Shown here: positions 1 to 13,830 of the stretch, one piece after another
Layout of the letters: each line of letters begins with the position of its first letter
Numbering within the stretch: position 1 is the stretch's first letter
From: Dendrobates tinctorius
Lineage: Eukaryota
Length of the DNA stretch: 64,000 nucleotides
Reading direction: 5' to 3'
Assembly (NCBI RefSeq): GCF_039654945.1
Contig: NW_027361959.1
Location: 4,464,001-4,528,000, forward strand
Program-made: the position numbers and the translations under genes
Notes under the pieces: generated by a model
Told to the model about the DNA's origin: nothing
Databases searched by the model: none
Seen by the model: the letters and a program-made list of their open reading frames with translations, nothing else

Positions 1-1028
1 CCCAAAGAGTGGTCGTAAATGGCTGCACATCCAGTTGGAAGAATGTCTCAAGTGGGGTAACACAGGGCTCTGTCCTGGGCCCTGTATTGTTCAACATCTT
101 TATCAACGATTTAGATGAAGGAATTGAGGGTAAACTGATTAAATTTGCTGATGACACAAAGCTAGGAGGGATAGCTAATACTAGAGAAGAGAGAGAGAGG
201 ATTCAAAAAGATTTAAATAAACTGGAGAAGTGGGCAGCAACTAACAGAATGGTTTTTAACAGGGAGAAATGCAAAGTACTACATCTGGGCAATAAAAATG
301 GAAAAAGCATATATAGAATGGGAGGAATAGGGCTAAGTGACAGCACATGTGAAAAAGACTTGGGTATACTAATAGATCACAGACTGAATATGAGTCAACA
401 GTGTGATGCAGCAGCAAAAAAGGCAAATGCAATTCTAGGATGTATTAACAGAAGCATACAGTCTAGATCACGTGAAGTCATTATTTCCCTCTACTCCTCT
501 TTGGTCAGACCTCATCTGGAATATTGTGTCCAGTTTTGGGCACCACATTTTAAAAAAGACATCAACAAACTGGAGCAAGTTCAGAAAAGAGCGACCAGAA
601 TGGTGACCGGTCTGCAAACCCTGTCTTATGAGGAAAGGTTGCAGGATTTGGGAATGTTTAGTTTGCAAAAGAGAAGACTGAGAGGAGACTTAATAGCTGT
701 CTACAAATATCTAAAGGGCTGTCACATTGTGGAAGGATCAACTTTATTCTCATTTGCACAAGGAGAGACTAGAAGCAATGGGATGAAACTGAATGGGAGG
801 AGACACAGATTAGATATTAGAAAAAACTTTTTGACAGTTAGAGTGATCAATGAGTGGAACAGGCTGCCACGAGAAGTGGTGAGTTCTCCTTCAATGGAAG
901 TCTTCAAACAGAGGCTGGACAGACATCTGACTGGGATGATTTAGCGAATCCTGCTTTGAGCAGGGGGTTGGACCAGATGGCCCAGGAGGTCCCTTCCAAC
1001 TCTACGATTCTATGATTCTATGATTCTA
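1..1028 (+). mobile_element. CR1 LINE, 3' end (RT C-terminus, 3' UTR, terminal ATTCTATG repeats); continues upstream of the window
   Basis: ORF 9..944 has QGSVLGP, FADD and CR1-type C-terminal motifs (LVRPHLEYC, RRLRGDLI, WNRLP). It ends in (ATTCTATG)n at ~1007-1028. Confidence 0.95.
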
Positions 1029-4018
1029 ACTGCTACGGGAACAAGTGGTCTCATATGTACCTCCACAAGAGGAGGGCAGGGGACATTATTCTCGCCTGTT
1101 CCTGATCAAGAAACCCTCAGGAAAGCACAGGCTCATTATAAATCTAAAACCCCAGAACCACTTCATCAAGTACCAAAGGTTCAAGATGGAGTCAGTAAGA
1201 TCAGCGATTCCTCTTATTGGACGAGACTGGCAGATGGCGACAATAGACCTAAGGGATGCGTATTACCACGTACCCATTCATCCGGACCACCGGAAGTTTC
1301 TGAGGTTTGCGGTCACCCACAACCGAGGAATCAGCCACCTTCAGTTCAATGCCCTGCTGTTTGGGGTATCCCCAGCACCAAGGGTGTTCACGAAGATCAT
1401 GAAAGAGGCAGTCATCTTCATTCGGCTTCAGGGGATATGCATTGTACCGTATCTGGACGATCTGCTGATCGTCGCCCCATCAATAGACCGGCTGAACCAG
1501 GACGTATCAAGAACCCTACAGATTCTCGACTCTAGGGTGGATACCAATCTCCAGAAGTCAGCCCTCTGTCCTTCCCCAAGGAAAAAATTCCTAGGGATTC
1601 TCTTGGATTCAGAGAAGAGGACGTCCTTTCTTCCCGAAGATCGTCAAAAAGACCTTCGGCAGAAAATAATCCGGTTCAGAGGCCAAAGGGCGCCGACGCT
1701 GAGGGACGCCATGTCCATCTGACAGCGTGCATTCAGGCTGTATCCTGGGCACAAGCTCACGCGAGTCCTCCAGTCGTATGTCCTGATAAATATGAAGAAA
1801 TATCCAAACAACCTGTCAAAAAGGGTTCTACTTCCAGGACATGTAAAATCGACCCTCTGGTGGTGGCTGAGCTACCGAAACCTGAGGCAAGGAGTAAGCT
1901 GGGACCAGCTTCCTCTAAGAATACTATGCACCGATGCCAGCCTGAGGGGCTGGGGGGGCTGTAGTGAAGATTCATACTTCCAGGGGCAGTGGCCCCAGAA
2001 CGTAAGGGCCGGATCTTCAAACCTAAGGGAGCTGACGGCAGTGGAAAAGTCACTGAAGGCCACAGCAGCCCTTGTCAAGAACCATCATGTTCGGATATAC
2101 CCCGACAACGTGACCACGGTGGCATACCTCAAGCATCAAGGGGGCACAAGGTACGCCAGCCTAAAGAAAGTAGCAGCAAGGATCTTCCTCTGGGCGGAGA
2201 AGCACCTGTTATCCATTTCTGCGGTACACCTGAAGGGGTCGGAAAACATCCAGGCAGACTTCCTGAGCAGGAAGGACGTCCATCCATGAGAATGGTGTCT
2301 GAACCAAGAGGTGTTCCAGGCTCTAGCCTCAAGATGGGGGGATCCAGAAGTCGACCTGTTCGCGATTGCACAAAATACAAAGGCTGCGACCTACTTCTCC
2401 CTCAGTCGCACGTACGGAGCCAGGGGGACGGATGCATTTGCCCATCCATGGGTCTTCAGACTGGGCTACGCCTTTCCACCAATCCCGATGCTGGCAAAAA
2501 CCCTACAAAAGAGGGCAGACGGAGTCAAGACGATTCTGCTGGCTCCGATGTGGCCAGGACGAAGCTGGTACAGCGCTCTGTTGGACATGGCCCAAGAAGG
2601 TCCCTTGCTATTACCCCAGAAGACCGACCTCCTTTTTCAGGCTCCATTGCTGCACCCGGACCCAGCCAAGCTATCCCTAGCAGCCTGGTTATTGAGGCCA
2701 ACATTTTGAAGGCCAAAGGGTTGTCAGATGAGGTAATCCGGACCTTTCAAAAGAGTAGAAAGCCGATAACGAATGCAATTTACTGCAAAATATGGAAAAG
2801 ATTTTCCTCCTGGGGCCTCCCAAGGGTCCCTGACCCCACCCATCCAAATATTGCCCAAATACTAGACTTCCTACAGAAAAGGTTTGATCTAGGGCTTACT
2901 CCGAGTATGTTAAAGATACAGGTATCTGCTCTAAGTGCCTTTTTTTACCAAGACCTATCCAAACACCGCTGGGTCAAGCGGTTCATGATAGCAGCAGGCA
3001 GGATTTGCCCTTCGCTCCCTAGCCAGGTTCCCCCCTGTGATCTTAATTTAGTGCTTAATAGCCTAACACAGGCCTCGTTTGAGCCCCTGTCAGAAGTTCC
3101 ATTAAAAATGCTCACACTCAAAACAGTGTTTCTTGTGGCGATCAAATCTGCTAGACGGGTGGGGAGCTACAGGCCCTTTCAGTATAGGAACCTTATCTCC
3201 TACTCAATTCAGACAGTATAGGACTACGCCTAGACCCCTCCTTTATGCCCAAGGTGGTGTCAGACTTTCATAGAAGCCAGGATATCGCGTTGCCCTCATT
3301 TTGCCCAAATCCTTCTAACCCGAAGGAAGCGAAATTTCATACCCTGGATGTCCGCAGGGTAGTTCTCCGTTACCTCGAAGCAACCAAGGATTGGAGAATC
3401 AATCAGAACCTGTTCCTTCAGTATTCAGGAAGAAGTAAAGGGAAGAAGGCGGCAAAGAACACGATAGCGTGCTGGATCAAGCAGTCCATCTCTCTGGCAT
3501 ATTCTGCAAGACATCTCTCTCCTCCAGAGTCGTTAAAGGCCCACTCCACTCGATCAGTCGGCACGTCCTGGGCAGCAAGGGGAAATATGTCTCCGGAGCA
3601 GATATGCAGAGCAGCCACCTGATCCTCTGTGCACACATTTACGTTCGGCAGACGCGTCTTGAAAGCCGTAGTCCCGCCCTAAAAAATTAACGTTGGCATG
3701 ACTCCAAGGTGGCTGTTGTGGAAGGTGACTAGAGAAAATAGAATTAGACTTACCGGTAATTCGGTTTCTAGGAACCTTCCACGACAGCACTAATTTCCCT
3801 CCCTATATGATATATTTACCTGATGATTCCTGCTCTACTGGCGGTAACTATTCATGCTAGTATGTTCAGAAAAAAAACACTACACTGAGGTAGCAGGAAG
3901 GGGAGGGTTATTTAACCTCTTTGTGTTCCTGTCCCCTATTAGGGCGGGGAGACAACCTCCAAGGTGGCTGTCATGGAAGGTTCCTAGAAACCGAATTACC
4001 GGTAAGTCTAATTCTATT
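1029..4018 (+). mobile_element. DIRS1-like tyrosine-recombinase retrotransposon, 3' part, degenerate (RT, RNase H, MT, YR, ICR, right terminus)
   Basis: RT 1045..1722 (DLRDAYYH, YLDD); RNase H 1792..2289 (TDAS, ELTAV, DNVT, ADFLSR); MT-like 2311..2709 (DLFA, YAFPP); YR in overlapping frames ~2700-3622 (AHSTR). ICR ~3704-3790 is complementary to the terminus at ~3965-4018. Confidence 0.92.
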
Positions 4019-4049
4019 ATCAGCCCTGAAAGGTGATGGCCATAATGTA

Positions 4050-4601
4050 CAGTACAGACCAAAAGTTTGGACACACCTTCTCATTCAAAGAGTTTTCATG
4101 ACTATGAAAATTGTAGATTCACTCTGAAGGCATCAAAACTATGAATTAACACATGTGGTATTATATAATTAACAAAAAATTGTGAAACAACTGAAAATAT
4201 GTCTTATATTCTAGGTTCTTCAAAGTAGCCACCTTTTGCTTTGATTACTGTTTTGCACACTCTTGGCATTCCCTTGATGAGCTTCAAGAGGTAGTCACCG
4301 GAAATGGTTTTCACTTCACAGGTGTGCCCTGTCAGGTTTAATAAGTGGGATTTCTTGCCTTATAAATGGGGTTGGGACCATCAGTTGTGTTGTGCAGAAG
4401 TCTGGTGGATACACAGCTGATAGTCCTACTGAATAAACTGTTAGCTGCTTTTTTCTTGCGATAATACAAATTCTAAGTAAAGAAAAACGAGTGGCCATCA
4501 TTACTTTAAGAAATGAAGGTCAGTCAGTCCGAAAAATTGGGAAACCTTTGAAAGTGTCCCCAAGTGCAGTGGCAAAAACCATCAAGCGCTACAAAGAAAC
4601 T
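4050..4601 (+). mobile_element. Tc1-like DNA transposon, left end with truncated transposase N-terminus
   Basis: TA|CAGTACAGACCAAAAGTTTGGACAC terminus; ~4473-4601 translates LSKEKRVAIITLRNEGQSVRKIGKPLKVSPSAVAKTIKRYKET (paired-like HTH). Confidence 0.85.
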
Positions 4602-5049
4602 TTTGGTCTGTATTGTATATCGGTCAAAACTGATGACAGGTTCCCTCTTAATCATGTGTAAATGATCACAAAATGAAACCACATTTTCAAAACCTCTCAA
4701 TTTATTCAGTATTGAAATGAGTGCCACACGCAGAAATACACACACTTGCACTGATTGGCATGCTATCAATGAGTTTATTAACACCTAAATAAATCATGAT
4801 TTCAAAGTTTTGTCTACTTTTTTCAATCATTTGCATAACCTTAACATGTCTATCCATCTTGTGCTTTCCTTTTTAAGACTTTCCCTTCTTAGTATTGAAA
4901 TTTCAATGTTGAGTGTATACAGTATATCTGTATATGAAGTGTTTGTTCCTCCTTGTGGTCTATACCCTGTCGTCAGACTCTTGGCTACGGAGTTTAGCGC
5001 CAAAAGGTGTATAATAAAAAACCCAAACTGGCAAAACTTTAAAAAACAA

Positions 5050-6800
5050 TCTGGTATTAACATGCCCTGAACCTAGGGCCTAACAGGCCACAGTAAATGA
5101 AATTTGATGATGGAACATGCTTATTTGCTCAGTGAAGAATTCTGTTGTGTATCCTCATGCTGAAGGGTTCCTGGTCCACCACAGAGTGTTAAGGTAGGCG
5201 ACAGCCGTCGAATAGTCTGCACTGAAAGTAGAAGGTCTTTGAGGAGGGAGGACCAGCGGGAGAGAGCTAGGAAGATGGCCCTCAGTTCCAACAAACTGAT
5301 CTGAAGGCTGGATCCCTCCAGAGAACAGAAGCCCTGGATGATGTTTGAACACTGTTTCATAGCCGAGAAACTAGAATTGGTTATAACCACCTGCTATTTA
5401 AGACTGAGGAAGGACTTGCAGGAAATTAGTGCTAGGGCTGTGAACCACAAGAGAATATGTCTGCGAGTTCGAATGGGGAGACAGATGCGTTAACCTGGGT
5501 GCTCAATCACTTGTTCCAAAGAGAATTGTACACTGTAGCTGTGAAACTAGGCAAAGGGGACCACCTTGAAAACTGAGACCATCTTGGCCAGAATTCTCAT
5601 GCAAAACTGGAAGGAACACTAGACCAACATGGGTGTCTACTGTCATGCACAGAAATTCCAGGCAATAAGATGGTGTCACAAGACTTTTGGGCATTGAAAG
5701 TCCAACAAAAGAAGTTCAGGGTGGTCTGGAGGCTGGTCAAGGTTCCCTTCTTAGACGAGGCCTTCACCAAGAGATTGTCTATATAAAGAATGATCGCCAC
5801 TCCTCTGACATGCAGGAGCGCCATTACTGGGGTGAACACTTTGATGAAGACCCTTTTCAGATGTCGCTAGACCAAAGGATGGAGCAACAAACAGAAAATG
5901 AAGAGAATCAATAGTGAAGCAATGGGAATATGAAGATACACATCATCTATGTCCATAGAAAATAGAAATTCTACCAGTTCCAGCGATGTGACAATGGACT
6001 GCAGGAAATCCTTGGACACGCACATATTTGCTGAGTCTCTTCAAATCCAAGATGGGGCTGACAATACCATCCTTTTTAGGGACTGTGAATAGGTTGGAAT
6101 AGTACCCCTAGAACGGTTCCGTGTCTGAAACCTGAACAGTGACTGCTTAACACTGAAACTCATGGGTGGCTCGGAAGAAACATACACACTAGGTTGAGTC
6201 CTTGAAGGTGTTGAAAAGAAAAAAACTTGTTTGGGATCAGGGAGGTGAATTTGATTTTTTTTTTTTTTTTTTTTAACCCGAGGAAACCTCTCCTTGACCC
6301 AGGCATCATTCACTTGAGCTATCCAGTCCTCCCTGAAGGAAAAAAGACACCCCCACTCAAGACGGTGGAGAAAACCGTTCAAGGCATGGAAGACCTGAAA
6401 TTAAAGTGGCCTTGTGACCAGCATGCCAAGTAGCTTAAGGTTTGCACGAGGGCTGAATGGGTCCATAGGATTGGGCTGGCTTCTCGCGTTCACAAGAAGA
6501 GGAGTTGTGAAAGGAATGAAACCTCTGAGAGGTCTAAATATTTGAATGTCTACAATTCTGGGGAAGCAGACCATTCTTTACCCAGTAGTATCCTTGATTA
6601 TTTCATCTAGATGTTTCCTGAAGAGCCTGGCTCCAGAGAATTGGAGAACTATAAGGGCATTTCTGGAGGCTGAGTTGACAGTCCAGAATTTGAGCCAAAT
6701 GGAACGCCTAACTGCTACCAAATTACCTCATGCAAGTGAAGCCTCACAGAGGAACTTTGATGCAAGTAATTTAGAGGCGCAATCAAGAAAGTTCTTTTGA
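5050..6800 (-). mobile_element. Highly decayed DIRS-like fragment (gag end, RT, RNase H)
   Basis: Minus-strand remnants: ISLLELRAIFLAL (RNase H), LLHVRGVAIILYIDNLLVKA (YLDD region), FREDWIAQVNDAWV (pre-RT). Boundaries approximate. Confidence 0.75.
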
Positions 6801-7700
6801 GGGGCCCCTTTAGATCATTTGAGGATGACAGAGACTTTCCCTGCAAAAAACTTTGGGAGCAACCACCACTTTGAGTCTTCATCAGTTGGCTGGGAAGCCC
6901 ACAATAGGTTGTGAAGAGAGAGGATTTCTGCCACAAGCTTGTAGGATATTTGTAAGGGCCTGATATGACGTACCCATAGCACTATGTCCACTGATGAAGT
7001 GAGGCACCCTTGAACCTTCACTGCATAGAAGTAAGAGAATGCAAGATCAACAAATTCTCTCCAGATCTTCCAAATCCTGTTGTTGGGGTGACCGACATTC
7101 AAACAGTGTCCAGAACAAATCCCAGGTATTGGAAATGATGAGCGGGAAGGAGATGGGACTTGATTTTGATCACTAGGAATCTATGATGGCCCAGAGTAAT
7201 CCAGACATGGGGCCTGAATAGAACTTCTGATGTAGCCTTTATCTGTCAATTGTCCAGATGCAGAATGAAATATATTCCTTCCAAACATAGGGCTGCCATC
7301 ATAACCACTGCAAATTTCATTACCACTCTCATAGCTGCAGACCTGTAAATTGAAGGTGCCAGATACAACCTTGGATTTTCACCGCAAATCTGAGAAATTT
7401 CCTGTTGGCAAGAAGGACTGGGATGTGTACATAGGAATCCAATAGATCTATAGTGTCCAGGAACGCTCTCTGTTGGATAATAGATCTGATTGATCTTATG
7501 ATGGGGTTTTTTTTCTCGTGTCTAAGTAAGGTCGATCCATTCTGCCTGCTGGACAGAAGAGACTTGAACAGTTTCCTTGAGAAGAAACACCTTCACTCAA
7601 GAAGATGAGCGTTGTGTATGTAATTCAGATACAACTTGTTTCTGGGAGCAGTTTTGAGTTTCAGAGAATAATCTTTGTAAATTGTGGAACAAACCCAAGT
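6800..7700 (-). mobile_element. Second decayed DIRS-like RT/RNase H fragment
   Basis: Minus strand near 7350-7460 reads LDTIDLLDSYVHIPVLLANRKFLRFAVK...WHLQF, paralleling the DIRS RT at 1045..1722. Confidence 0.65.
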
Positions 7701-7898
7701 CTTTTGAAGTCTGTGCCCAAACTAAAGCGAATGCAGCCAATCTCCCACCCACCTGTTGGACTCAGAGCCTGAAATCACACTTCTGTAGTATTTTAGTGCA
7801 TGCAAAGCCCCAAAGACAGGATCACTCATGCCTGGAGGGCACAATACATAGTCTCTGGGATCCAACTTCACTCAAACCCTCATGTTTTTTCAGTTTAA

Positions 7899-8090
7899 GG
7901 GTGCAGTCAGCTGGCTGTATAAATTGGACTGAGATTGGAAAGCAGTGCACAGACTGGTCGACGGCACTCCTGACCCTGACAGCCTCATATATTTCTATGC
8001 AGCTGTCATGCTCAGATTGGGAGAGCCACCAGCCAGTAAGTGCACTGCTTTGGATTTCGGTTTGATTTATACATCCTTTTGACTGCACCC
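7899..8090. mobile_element. Small palindromic MITE (Harbinger-type termini)
   Basis: GGGTGCAGTCA...TGACTGCACCC with ~60-bp imperfect inverted arms, flanked by TAA/TTA. Confidence 0.6.
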
Positions 8091-8229
8091 TTACAGAAGA
8101 AATAAAACTCATTGTGTCTTGCCTCTCTGATCATCATATAGTGCTTTAAATAGGTATGTAATTTGACATTACTGCTTGTTAATTGTCTGTTCTGTTTTTA
8201 AACAGGGGAAGTAGCTTTAAGCCCTTTAA

Positions 8230-9140
8230 CCCATTGCGTGCCACTGTGGGATGTCAGGAAAGAGATGTGTTGTGCCAACGCAAGGAAACTGCCCTCTGAG
8301 AAGAGGTGGCAGACTCATCCTTAACCCGGAGGATGTTACTAACTGCCTGAATAAGGACTTGCATAGCCAAGGTCTGCTTAGAATCCTGCTCAGACTTAGT
8401 ATAAGTCAGAGTTGTACCCCAGGTATTTGGACTGGACAGGAGGAGGAATGGTGCCATCCGCTGTGGTTCTCTCCCAGGAGAGATCCTGCGAGTCCGAAGA
8501 GGAGCTGTGAGAAGCAAACCTACATCTCTTCTGGGAGCATCAGCAGGGAGGTAAGATAGGCTCCTTAACTTCTGCATCGAAGGAGGGTGCAGGACCCGGA
8601 TGGACAAAAACACACACTAACAGGTGAGCTGGTCCAGTCAATGCTCCAGAGAATCAACCATGGGTTTGGATAGAGTGGACAGCTTACCTGTGGTCTTGGT
8701 CAAAGACCACACCCATTAAGGGGGCGTTCTTCCTGAGATGGGCCAGAGTGGCCTTGGGCAGATGGTGGGTTAAGGAACTGGGCACAGAGAAACTGCGACT
8801 GATCGCATGGAAAGAGTTTGCCTCAGAGCAAGCAAAATGGATGACCAATGCCACAGGAGATTGTCATGACGAGTCTTCCCAGGACGACGACATGGTATAT
8901 GGGGAAAGTGAAAAAATGGGGCGCAGAAGTGTCCCTACCGGTACCCATGAAGGAATTGGAGCAGTAAAATCACACGTGTGTCACCAAGTCCTACTAGCTG
9001 CTGAGAGGAGACTGGAGCTGCTGGAGAAGTGAAGTCAGTCCTGGAAGGAGGGCCAAAACCTGGAAAAAAGGGGCCCTCCTACAGAGAGAATGGTCAGCCG
9101 TGATATACTGAACAGCCATATTGTGGGTTGCAGCCATCTT
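8230..9140 (-). mobile_element. Possible decayed DIRS gag/ORF1 region
   Basis: LIQAVSNILRVKDE resembles DIRS ORF1 sequence, with the same orientation as adjacent DIRS fragments. Weak. Confidence 0.35.
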
Positions 9141-9468
9141 GGACAGACTCTAGTTAACTCACTTTGTTAAAAGAGCTGTGCCTCTCCCCAGGATAGTGGT
9201 AAAAAAATAACCTCGGTGTCATTAGTAAGTATGGATGGAGTCTAGGGAGACTAACTGGAACAGCTGCAGGGTACTGTGATACTAAATAATTGGTATTGTA
9301 TGGTAGTGAATAGTATATAAGTTGAATTAAGATAGAAAATGTCAGTGTATGAAGAGTTATAGCAGCATGCAATAAGCGCAATGTGAATAATGATGTTAGC
9401 TAAGAGGGACATGGAGATAAATGGTTTTTAATGTAGTTTGGGGTATTTACTAACCATAGTGCAATATA

Positions 9469-10957
9469 CAATGCCTTGCGAAAATATTCGGCCCCCAGGA
9501 AATTCAAAAACTGAAAAGTGGGGCGTGCAATATTATTCGGCTCCCTTTAACTTAATACTTTGTTGCGCCACCTTTTGTTGTGATTACAGCTGCAAGTCGC
9601 TTGGGGTATGTCTCTATCAGTTTTGTACATCGAGAGACTGAAATTCTTGCCCATTCTTCCTTGGCAAACAGCTCGAGCTCAGTGAGGTTTGATGGAGATC
9701 GTTTGTGAACAGCAGTTTTCAGCTCTTTCCACAGATTCTCGATGGATTCAGGTCTGGACTTTGACTTGGCCATTCTAACACCTGGATACGTTTATTTGTG
9801 AACCATTTCATTGTAGATTTTGCTTTATGTTTGGGATCATTGTCTTGTTGGAGACAAATCTCCGTTCCAATCTCAGGTCTTTTGCAGACTCCAACAGGTT
9901 TTCTTCAAGAATGTTCCTGTATTTGGCTCAATCCATCTTCCCATCAATTTTAACCATCTTCCCTGTCACTGCTGAAGAAAAGCAGGCCCAAACCATAATG
10001 CTTCCACCACTATGTTTGACAGTGGGGATGGTGTGTTCAGGGTGATGAGCTGTGTTGCCTTTACGCCAAACATATCGTTTGGCATTGTTGCCAAAAAGTT
10101 TGATTTTGGTTTCATCTGACCAGAGCACCTTCTTCCACATGTTTGGTGTGTCTCCCAGGTGGCTTGTTGCAAACTTTAAACAACACTTTTTATGGATATC
10201 TTTGAGAAATGGCTTTCTTCTTGCCACTCTTCCATAAATGCCAGATTTGTGCAGTGTACGACTGATTGTTGTCCTATGGACAGACTGTCACACCTCAGCT
10301 GTAGATCTCTGCAGTTCATCCAGAGTGATCATGGGCCTCTTGGCTGCATCTCTGATCAGTCTTCTCCTTGTTTTAGATGAAAGTTTAGAGGGACGGCCAG
10401 GCCTTGGTAGATTTTCAGTGGTATAATACTCCTTCCATTTCAATATGATCACTTGCACATTGCTCCTTGGGATGTTTAAAGTTTTGGAAATCATTTTGTA
10501 TCCAAATCCGACTTTAAACTTCTCCACAACAGTATCACGGACCTGCCTGTTGTGTTCCTTGGTCTTCATGCTGCTCTCTGCTTCAAACAGAACCCTGAGA
10601 CTATCACAGAGCAGGTGCATTTATACGGAGACTTGATTACACACAGGTGGATTATATTTATCATCATTAGTCATTTAGGACAACATTGGATCATTCAGAG
10701 ATCCACAGAGAACTTCTGGAGTGAGTTTTCCCACTGAAAGTAAAGGGGCTGAATAATATTGCACGCCCCACTTTTCAGTTTTTTGCACTTCCACAAAAAT
10801 GTAAAATAACCAATAAATTTCGTTCAACTTCACAATTGTGTTCCACTTGTTGTTGATTCTTCACCAAAAATTTACATTTGGTATCTTTATGTTTGAAGCA
10901 TGATATGTGGGAAAAGGTTGAAAAGTTCCAGGGGGCCGAATACTTCGCAAGGCACTG
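9469..10957 (-). mobile_element. Tc1-family (Passport-like) transposon, near full length, broken transposase
   Basis: TA-flanked TIRs CA(A/G)TGCCTTGCGAA...TTCGCAAGGCACTG. Fragments MKTKEHNRQVRD...GRPSKL, WSDETK, WACFS and IENLW...KGGATKY lie in different frames. Confidence 0.93.
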
Positions 10958-11499
10958 TATACAGTAAGACATAACAATATGTAATAATGGGACAGCACTT
11001 AACATAACAACAGAGGACGTGCCCCAGTCACCCGCACGCTGATGTTAGCTGCCGGCCTCTGATTGGCCGCCGGCATGTATTGTAGCGCAGGGAGCCAGAG
11101 GGTCCCTGCACCACAATACATTTCAGCTGAATGTGTGTCAGAGGATGCATATCAAGCTGAAATAGTCACTGGTGTCGGCAGGCCCCCTCCACCTCTGGGC
11201 CCCAGTGCAGCTGCACCGGCGATATATCTACCCCTAGTGCAGTGAGTAGCTGGGATCCCTGACATCACAGCTGAGCCTAGAGCACATATGAGGCCGTCCC
11301 TGGTGCGCCATACTACATCAGCAGTGGGGGGAGCAGTCCTTAACTATGTAACAAGTGTTATCACATTATCATTATGATGCAATAAATGATTTTTAATATT
11401 CTATGCACAATACGTTGCTTGGCACAGAATACAAATGAATGATTGTTATATCATAATGACCCATAAGGAGATTGATATTATTGCACTGTATATTCTCAC

Positions 11500-12390
11500 T
11501 ACACATCTAGATAAGTTCCTTAGGGGGTCTAGTTTCCAAAATGGTGTCACTTGTGGGGAGTTTCCTCTGTTTAGGCACATCAGGGACTCAATTCCAGCCA
11601 ATTCTGCATTGAAAAGTCAAACGGCGCTCCTTCCCTTCCGAGCTCTGCCATGCGCCAAAGCAGTGGTTTACCTGCATGTATGGGGTATCAGCGTACTCAG
11701 GACAAATTGCAAAACAACTTTTGAGGTCCAATTTCTCCTGTTACCCTTGGTAAAATAAAAAAAAAATTTGTGTGAAAAAAAGTTAAATGTTCATTTTTTC
11801 CTTTCACATTGCTTCAGTTCCTATGAAGCGCCTGAAGGGTTAATAAAGTTCTTGAATGTGGTTTTGAGCACCTTCAGGGGTGCAGTTTTTAGAATGGTGT
11901 CACTTTTGGGTATTTTCTGTCATATAGACCCCTCAAAGTGACTACAAATGTGATGTGGTCTCTAAAAAAAATTATGTTGTAAAAATGTTAAACTGCTGTT
12001 TAACTTTTAACCTTTACAACTTCCTAACAAAAAAAAAAGCTTGGTTCCAAAATTGTGCTGATGTAAAGTAGACGTGGGAAATGTTAATTAAGTTTTTTGT
12101 GTGATATGACTCTCTGATTTAAGGGCATGAAAATTCAATGTTGGAAAATTGCTAAATTTTCAACATTTTTGCCAAATTTCTGTTGTTTTTTTTTTCACAA
12201 ATAAATGCAAGGCATATCAAAGAAATTTTTACCACTGTCATGAAGTACAATATGTCACCAGAAAACAATGTCAGAATCACCAGGATCCATGGAAGCGTTC
12301 CAGAGTTATTACCTCATAAAGGGACAGTGGTCAGAATTGTAAAAATTGGCCCGATCATTAACATGCAAACCATCCTCGGTGGTAAAGGGG
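11500..12390. mobile_element. Non-autonomous piggyBac-like element fragment (one terminus)
   Basis: Ends ...GGTAAAGGGG|TTAA (12391-12394). The internal motif GTTT(C/T)(C/A)AAATGGTGTCACTT recurs twice. The other terminus was not found. Confidence 0.5.
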
Positions 12391-12993
12391 TTAATCATTT
12401 TTTACTCCAGTTTTTCATTGATACAAAAAAATAAGCACATCAGTGTCGTTATTTTATGCGCAGATCATGTCTGTCGTCGCGGATGGACTGGAGACAGCGC
12501 AGAACTGCATAAAGAAAAACCTCGCAGAACTGGGGTAGGTTTTGTGGTTTCTGCACCGGGGGTCTCGCATGCTGAGTAATTGTGTGTCACCGATGGCTCA
12601 GTCTTCTACAGCACACTCCCCTTCCCCCTTTACAAGTCAGTCAGCTGACCGTGATGTCATTCTTTCAGGCAGCAGCCCCATGCAGCCACATAGGCAGCAT
12701 TGCCATTAGCATGTAACTTCCTGCCCAGCTCAGTGTCTGTATGTGACACCCTCAATATACAGAACACACACAGGCTGATTGCTGCAAAAACCGAAAGCAG
12801 ACAGTGTGGACATGGGACCTGGACGCTCACGGACTGCTGGTAGGATCGTCCATACACTTTCTATTCAACCTCATCTGCGCCAACTCAAGTGGTGACAATA
12901 GTTTCATCCATGAAGACGCGAGCTCCTTGGATTATAAGTAACATGAGATGTCCCGATGTCTTCTGCCCGCTCTCCGTGGGGCCATATAGCCCT

Positions 12994-13830
12994 ATGAGCG
13001 AGCGTTCTTCATGGCGGCCCATCTGGTACTTTGTTGCAGGGAGTATCTTCCTGACTTGTACCTGGGCTGACTCTGAGCAGTGGGACAGTCCTGAATATCT
13101 GGATATCGCAGAAGGAGAAACTATGTGGATGGATTCCGCCATTGATGATACCTTTGCCGACCTTAACGATGGACATCCCATGTATGATGACCAATTTCCC
13201 GAGCAGAGTGTATCCGCAATGCCCGGACAATGGGAACAGTCCTCTTTCCAGCCATCGAGCGTGTTCTCCACTGCTGAACTAGGCACAGTGATGGTGGACT
13301 CCTACCGTGGTCCAGGTAACAGCGACGCCAGGAGCAACAAAGAGTTGCCCATTCTTCTGTGGTGGAGTGAGAACCTGTTCCCCCACTTTCCTGGGGACAC
13401 AGAGCGCATAGACTGTCCCCTAAGTTCCTGCATGGTGACAAAAGATAAGAGAGTAAAACTTCACAAAAGGACCAAATCTATCATTTTCTACGGCACAGAC
13501 TTCAGAGCGTTCGAAGCTCCGCTGCCCAGGATGCCGCACCAGACGTGGGCACTGTTTCACGAGGAGTCGCCAATGAATAACTATGTTCTGTCACATTTGC
13601 CAGGAATCCGTCTCTTTAACTACACTGCAACGTTCAGACGAGAGTCTGATTACCCGCTCACTCTGCAGTGGTTGCCCACGATTGGTTACCTGCAGAACCC
13701 AGCAGTGTCTGTAGCTGAAAAAAACAAGTGGCGCCAAATAGGGTATGCCCCCATACTGTACATGCAGTCCCACTGTGATGTTCCGTCAGACAGGGACCGT
13801 TACGTGAAAGAGTTAATGAAGCACATTCAG
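12994..13830 (+). CDS. fut11: Fucosyltransferase 11 / protein O-fucosyltransferase 4, coding exon 1 (in-frame upstream ATGs at 12910 and 12943 are alternative starts)
   Basis: Hydrophobic N-terminus, then [73 protein letters not shown] donor at 13831, phase 0. Confidence 0.95.

Noticed and set aside
2311-3622. Phage-like methyltransferase and integrase (prophage or HGT)
   Set aside because: These are standard DIRS1 MT and YR domains linked to RT/RNase H and the ICR.
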